Shown: piece by piece, positions 62,205-64,000 of the stretch | Numbering within the stretch: the stretch's first letter is position 1 | How the letters are laid out: the number at the start of each line of letters is the position of its first letter | Assembly: GCA_002104905.1 (NCBI GenBank) | Contig: MCFE01000491.1 | Location: 1-64,000 of the forward strand | Source: Basidiobolus meristosporus CBS 931.73 | Lineage: Eukaryota; Fungi; Basidiobolomycota | Reading direction: 5' to 3' | Length of the DNA stretch: 64,000 nucleotides | The notes under the pieces: model-generated | The model's input: the letters and a program-made list of their open reading frames with translations, nothing else | Told to the model about the DNA's origin: nothing | Database searches by the model: none | Translations under genes and position numbers: made by a program

Positions 62205-62725
62205 AGGGGGGAGGAAAGTCACCAAGTGGTGAAATCTTTATTTACTTATGACAAGTATCTAAAGAAGCCAAGTTAATCTGAAGTTATTCCTAGAAAGCTA
62301 GGTCTGAGAGATATCTTCCTGGTAAGCCAGGTCTGAGAGTTGAGAGGCTGAGTGGTACTATATTTCCTAGTTAGCTAGGTCTGAGAGAGGTTTCCTGGAA
62401 AGCCAGGCCTGAGAAGTGAGAATCTGAATATATCTGAGCTAAGTTATACTGGTTTGCGGTAGCTGAATTGTGGCCGGAATGGCCAGTAGACTGGGGGAAC
62501 TGAGATGAATTTCTGGGCGATCACTGGCCAAATTTACTAGGCAAATCTGACCAATTAGCATTTCAAGGATTTCAGCCAATCAGAGCCTTTACTTTGCCCG
62601 ATGGTTGATCAAGCCATCTCCCAATGAGCACACATCAATTTATTGATCAAATTTTGCTGGATCCAGGATTTGAACCCACAACCATGGGTATGGAAGGGTT
62701 AGGGATAACCACAAGGCTAAGTGTT
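62205..62725 (-). mobile_element. tRNA-derived SINE-like element with LINE-shared 3' module E (62205-62270)
   Basis: Pol III A box TAGCCTTGTGG (62719-62709) and B box GGTTCAAATCC (62676-62666) are 32 nt apart. The body has four 14-nt hairpins, and the 3' end matches that of the LINEs. Confidence 0.7.
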
Positions 62726-62827
62726 CTTGGTTAGGGGGGGGATGATAATCACCACATGGTGAAATCTTTATTTAAATCTTAAATAGAGAAGCCAAGTTTA
62801 TATATGAATATTTGAGATGCAGTAAGC

Positions 62828-63628
62828 CTACAAGATAAACTTGGACTTTGCTGTATCCCAAATATCCTGAATATCAAAGTCTAGAGGAGAATGTAGCAAA
62901 ACTGCTTGTTCACTGTAGTATTTCTTGAGGAAGTTTGTGACTTGAAGGGAAGGATAGTTTTTCAACAAGCTGGTAAACCTTTTGAGGAGTTCTTTTTCCA
63001 GAGAGAATGGTACAAAGAGTGGAATGTCTAAATGATGTCTGAATATATGCTCTGAGAGCTCCCAGTCCAGCATATTCTTGACTTCCTCTGTGAAATCTTC
63101 AACAATATCCTTGTCAAGAATAACTTCCAGGAGATCCCTGGCAATGTACTGAATGTTAATAATCTTAGGCATATGAATACCTAGGTCCTTGAGGTAGCTT
63201 CTTTGTTCTGAAATTGGGAGATAGCCAGCATTTCTGAAATAGCAAACAGCCCAATTGACAGTGGGAGGAGTTTCAGGGCTGACAGGGAATCTTCTTCTGG
63301 CTTTAGGGTGCACTGGCTTAGTTGGCTGTCTTGTTGGAAGGGCCACTGGCTTTGGATGAGCTTGAAGTGCTTGGGAGTATGTCTGAGTATGAATGGCAGG
63401 AGTAGCTGGTTGCTGACAGTGTTCAGATTGACTGGAAGAAGGGCTGGTTGAGGGGTTGCAAGGTAAGGAAGAAGCTGAAAGAGAAGTAGAGAGTGCTGGG
63501 TGAAGTTCAGAGAGAGTTTTGAAAAGAACCTGGATCTGAGATTTCAACATTGAGTTTTCAGCTTCAAGAAGAGAAACTCTTTGTTCAAGGTAAGAAGTCT
63601 GTAAAGAGTGAAAGTTGGGTAAAGACAT
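62828..63628 (-). CDS. ORF1/gag-like protein, 266 aa
   Basis: N-terminal coiled coil (LEQRVSLLEAENSMLKSQIQVL), S/P/Q linker with TYSQAL, then an RRM-like block CYFRNAGYLPISEQRSYLKDLGI..IINIQYIARDLLEVIL. This architecture is typical of non-LTR ORF1 proteins; the family assignment is inference. Confidence 0.65.
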   Translation of the reverse strand: MSLPNFHSLQTSYLEQRVSLLEAENSMLKSQIQVLFKTLSELHPALSTSLSASSLPCNPSTSPSSSQSEHCQQPATPAIHTQTYSQALQAHPKPVALPTRQPTKPVHPKARRRFPVSPETPPTVNWAVCYFRNAGYLPISEQRSYLKDLGIHMPKIINIQYIARDLLEVILDKDIVEDFTEEVKNMLDWELSEHIFRHHLDIPLFVPFSLEKELLKRFTSLLKNYPSLQVTNFLKKYYSEQAVLLHSPLDFDIQDIWDTAKSKFIL

Positions 63629-63678
63629 GGAAGAAGTAGATAATAAGAAGAAAGGAGTAGTTGGGGTGGGAGGGTGGG

Positions 63679-64000
63679 AAAATAGTTGAGAAGAAAAGAG
63701 AGGAAAGATCTGAAATTGAAAATCTCAGAATTTATAGATGGATGGACAAGGGTAGAGGATAGATTAATCCAGGGTTAGGGAAAAATAGTTGAGAAGAAAA
63801 GAGAGGAAAGATCTGAAATTGAAAATCTCAGAATTTATAGATGGATGGACAAGGGTAGAGGATAGATTAATCCAGGGTTAGGGAAAAATAGTTGAGAAGA
63901 AAAGAGAGGAAAGATCTGAAATTGAAAATCTCAGAATTTATAGATGGATGGACAAGGGTAGAGGATAGATTAATCCAGGGTTAGGGAAAAATAGTTGAGA
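63679..64000. repeat. 103-bp tandem repeat, at least 3.1 apparently identical copies, each containing GGGTTAGGG
   Basis: atagttgaga recurs at 63682, 63785, 63888 and 63991. GGGTTAGGG occurs at 63772, 63875 and 63978. Confidence 0.97.

Larger units (their letters stand above)
62733..64000 (-). mobile_element. Non-autonomous ORF1/gag-only retroelement: 5' tandem repeats, single ORF, 3' module F (62733-62796)
   Basis: The ORF stop at 62828 is followed within about 30 nt by the shared 3' module, leaving no room for an RT ORF. The element runs off the window end. Confidence 0.65.

Noticed and set aside
62205-62760. Hairpin plus CTAA as a Helitron 3' end
   Set aside because: CTRR is present in only two copies, there is no A|T target, and the bodies encode RT/ORF1 rather than RepHel.
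58324-62796. 3' module as a hammerhead ribozyme of a Penelope-like element
   Set aside because: There is no CUGANGA core on either strand, the A15.1-U16.1/H17 geometry appears only in copy A, and the RT is LINE-type (GVVQGSVLSP, KAFDSV), not PLE-type.

Overview
Eukaryotic genomic DNA from an intron-rich fungus with short GT-AG introns. The gene repertoire suggests an early-diverging lineage such as Zoopagomycota/Mucoromycota (Basidiobolus-like); this is inference, not identification. Positions 0.7-54 kb hold about 19 mostly housekeeping genes: WDR92, RPT5, a Dlp1/PDSS2-like subunit, a Skp1 paralog, a ZMIZ-like SP-RING protein, PER1, a PARG-like protein, a REC-domain PDE, an SSH4-like SPRY protein, two GPCRs, ferroportin, MGE1, a SIMC1/Nse5-like protein, VMA10, an alpha-arrestin, an acyl-CoA ligase, a TDP1-like protein and a secreted C-type-lectin-like protein. 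An intronless orphan ORF follows at 56.2-58.1 kb. The most unusual part is 58.3-64.0 kb, a CpG-depleted head-to-tail chain of minus-strand retroelements: 5'-truncated LINE RT copies of two families, a tRNA-derived SINE, and an ORF1/gag-only element with 103-bp 5' repeats. The units end in a shared, covarying double-hairpin module followed by a C-tract instead of poly(A), and several junctions carry TTAGGG-like sequence. This fits a subtelomeric, telomere-primed retroelement system. Exon boundaries were read by eye, so coordinates of spliced genes are approximate.
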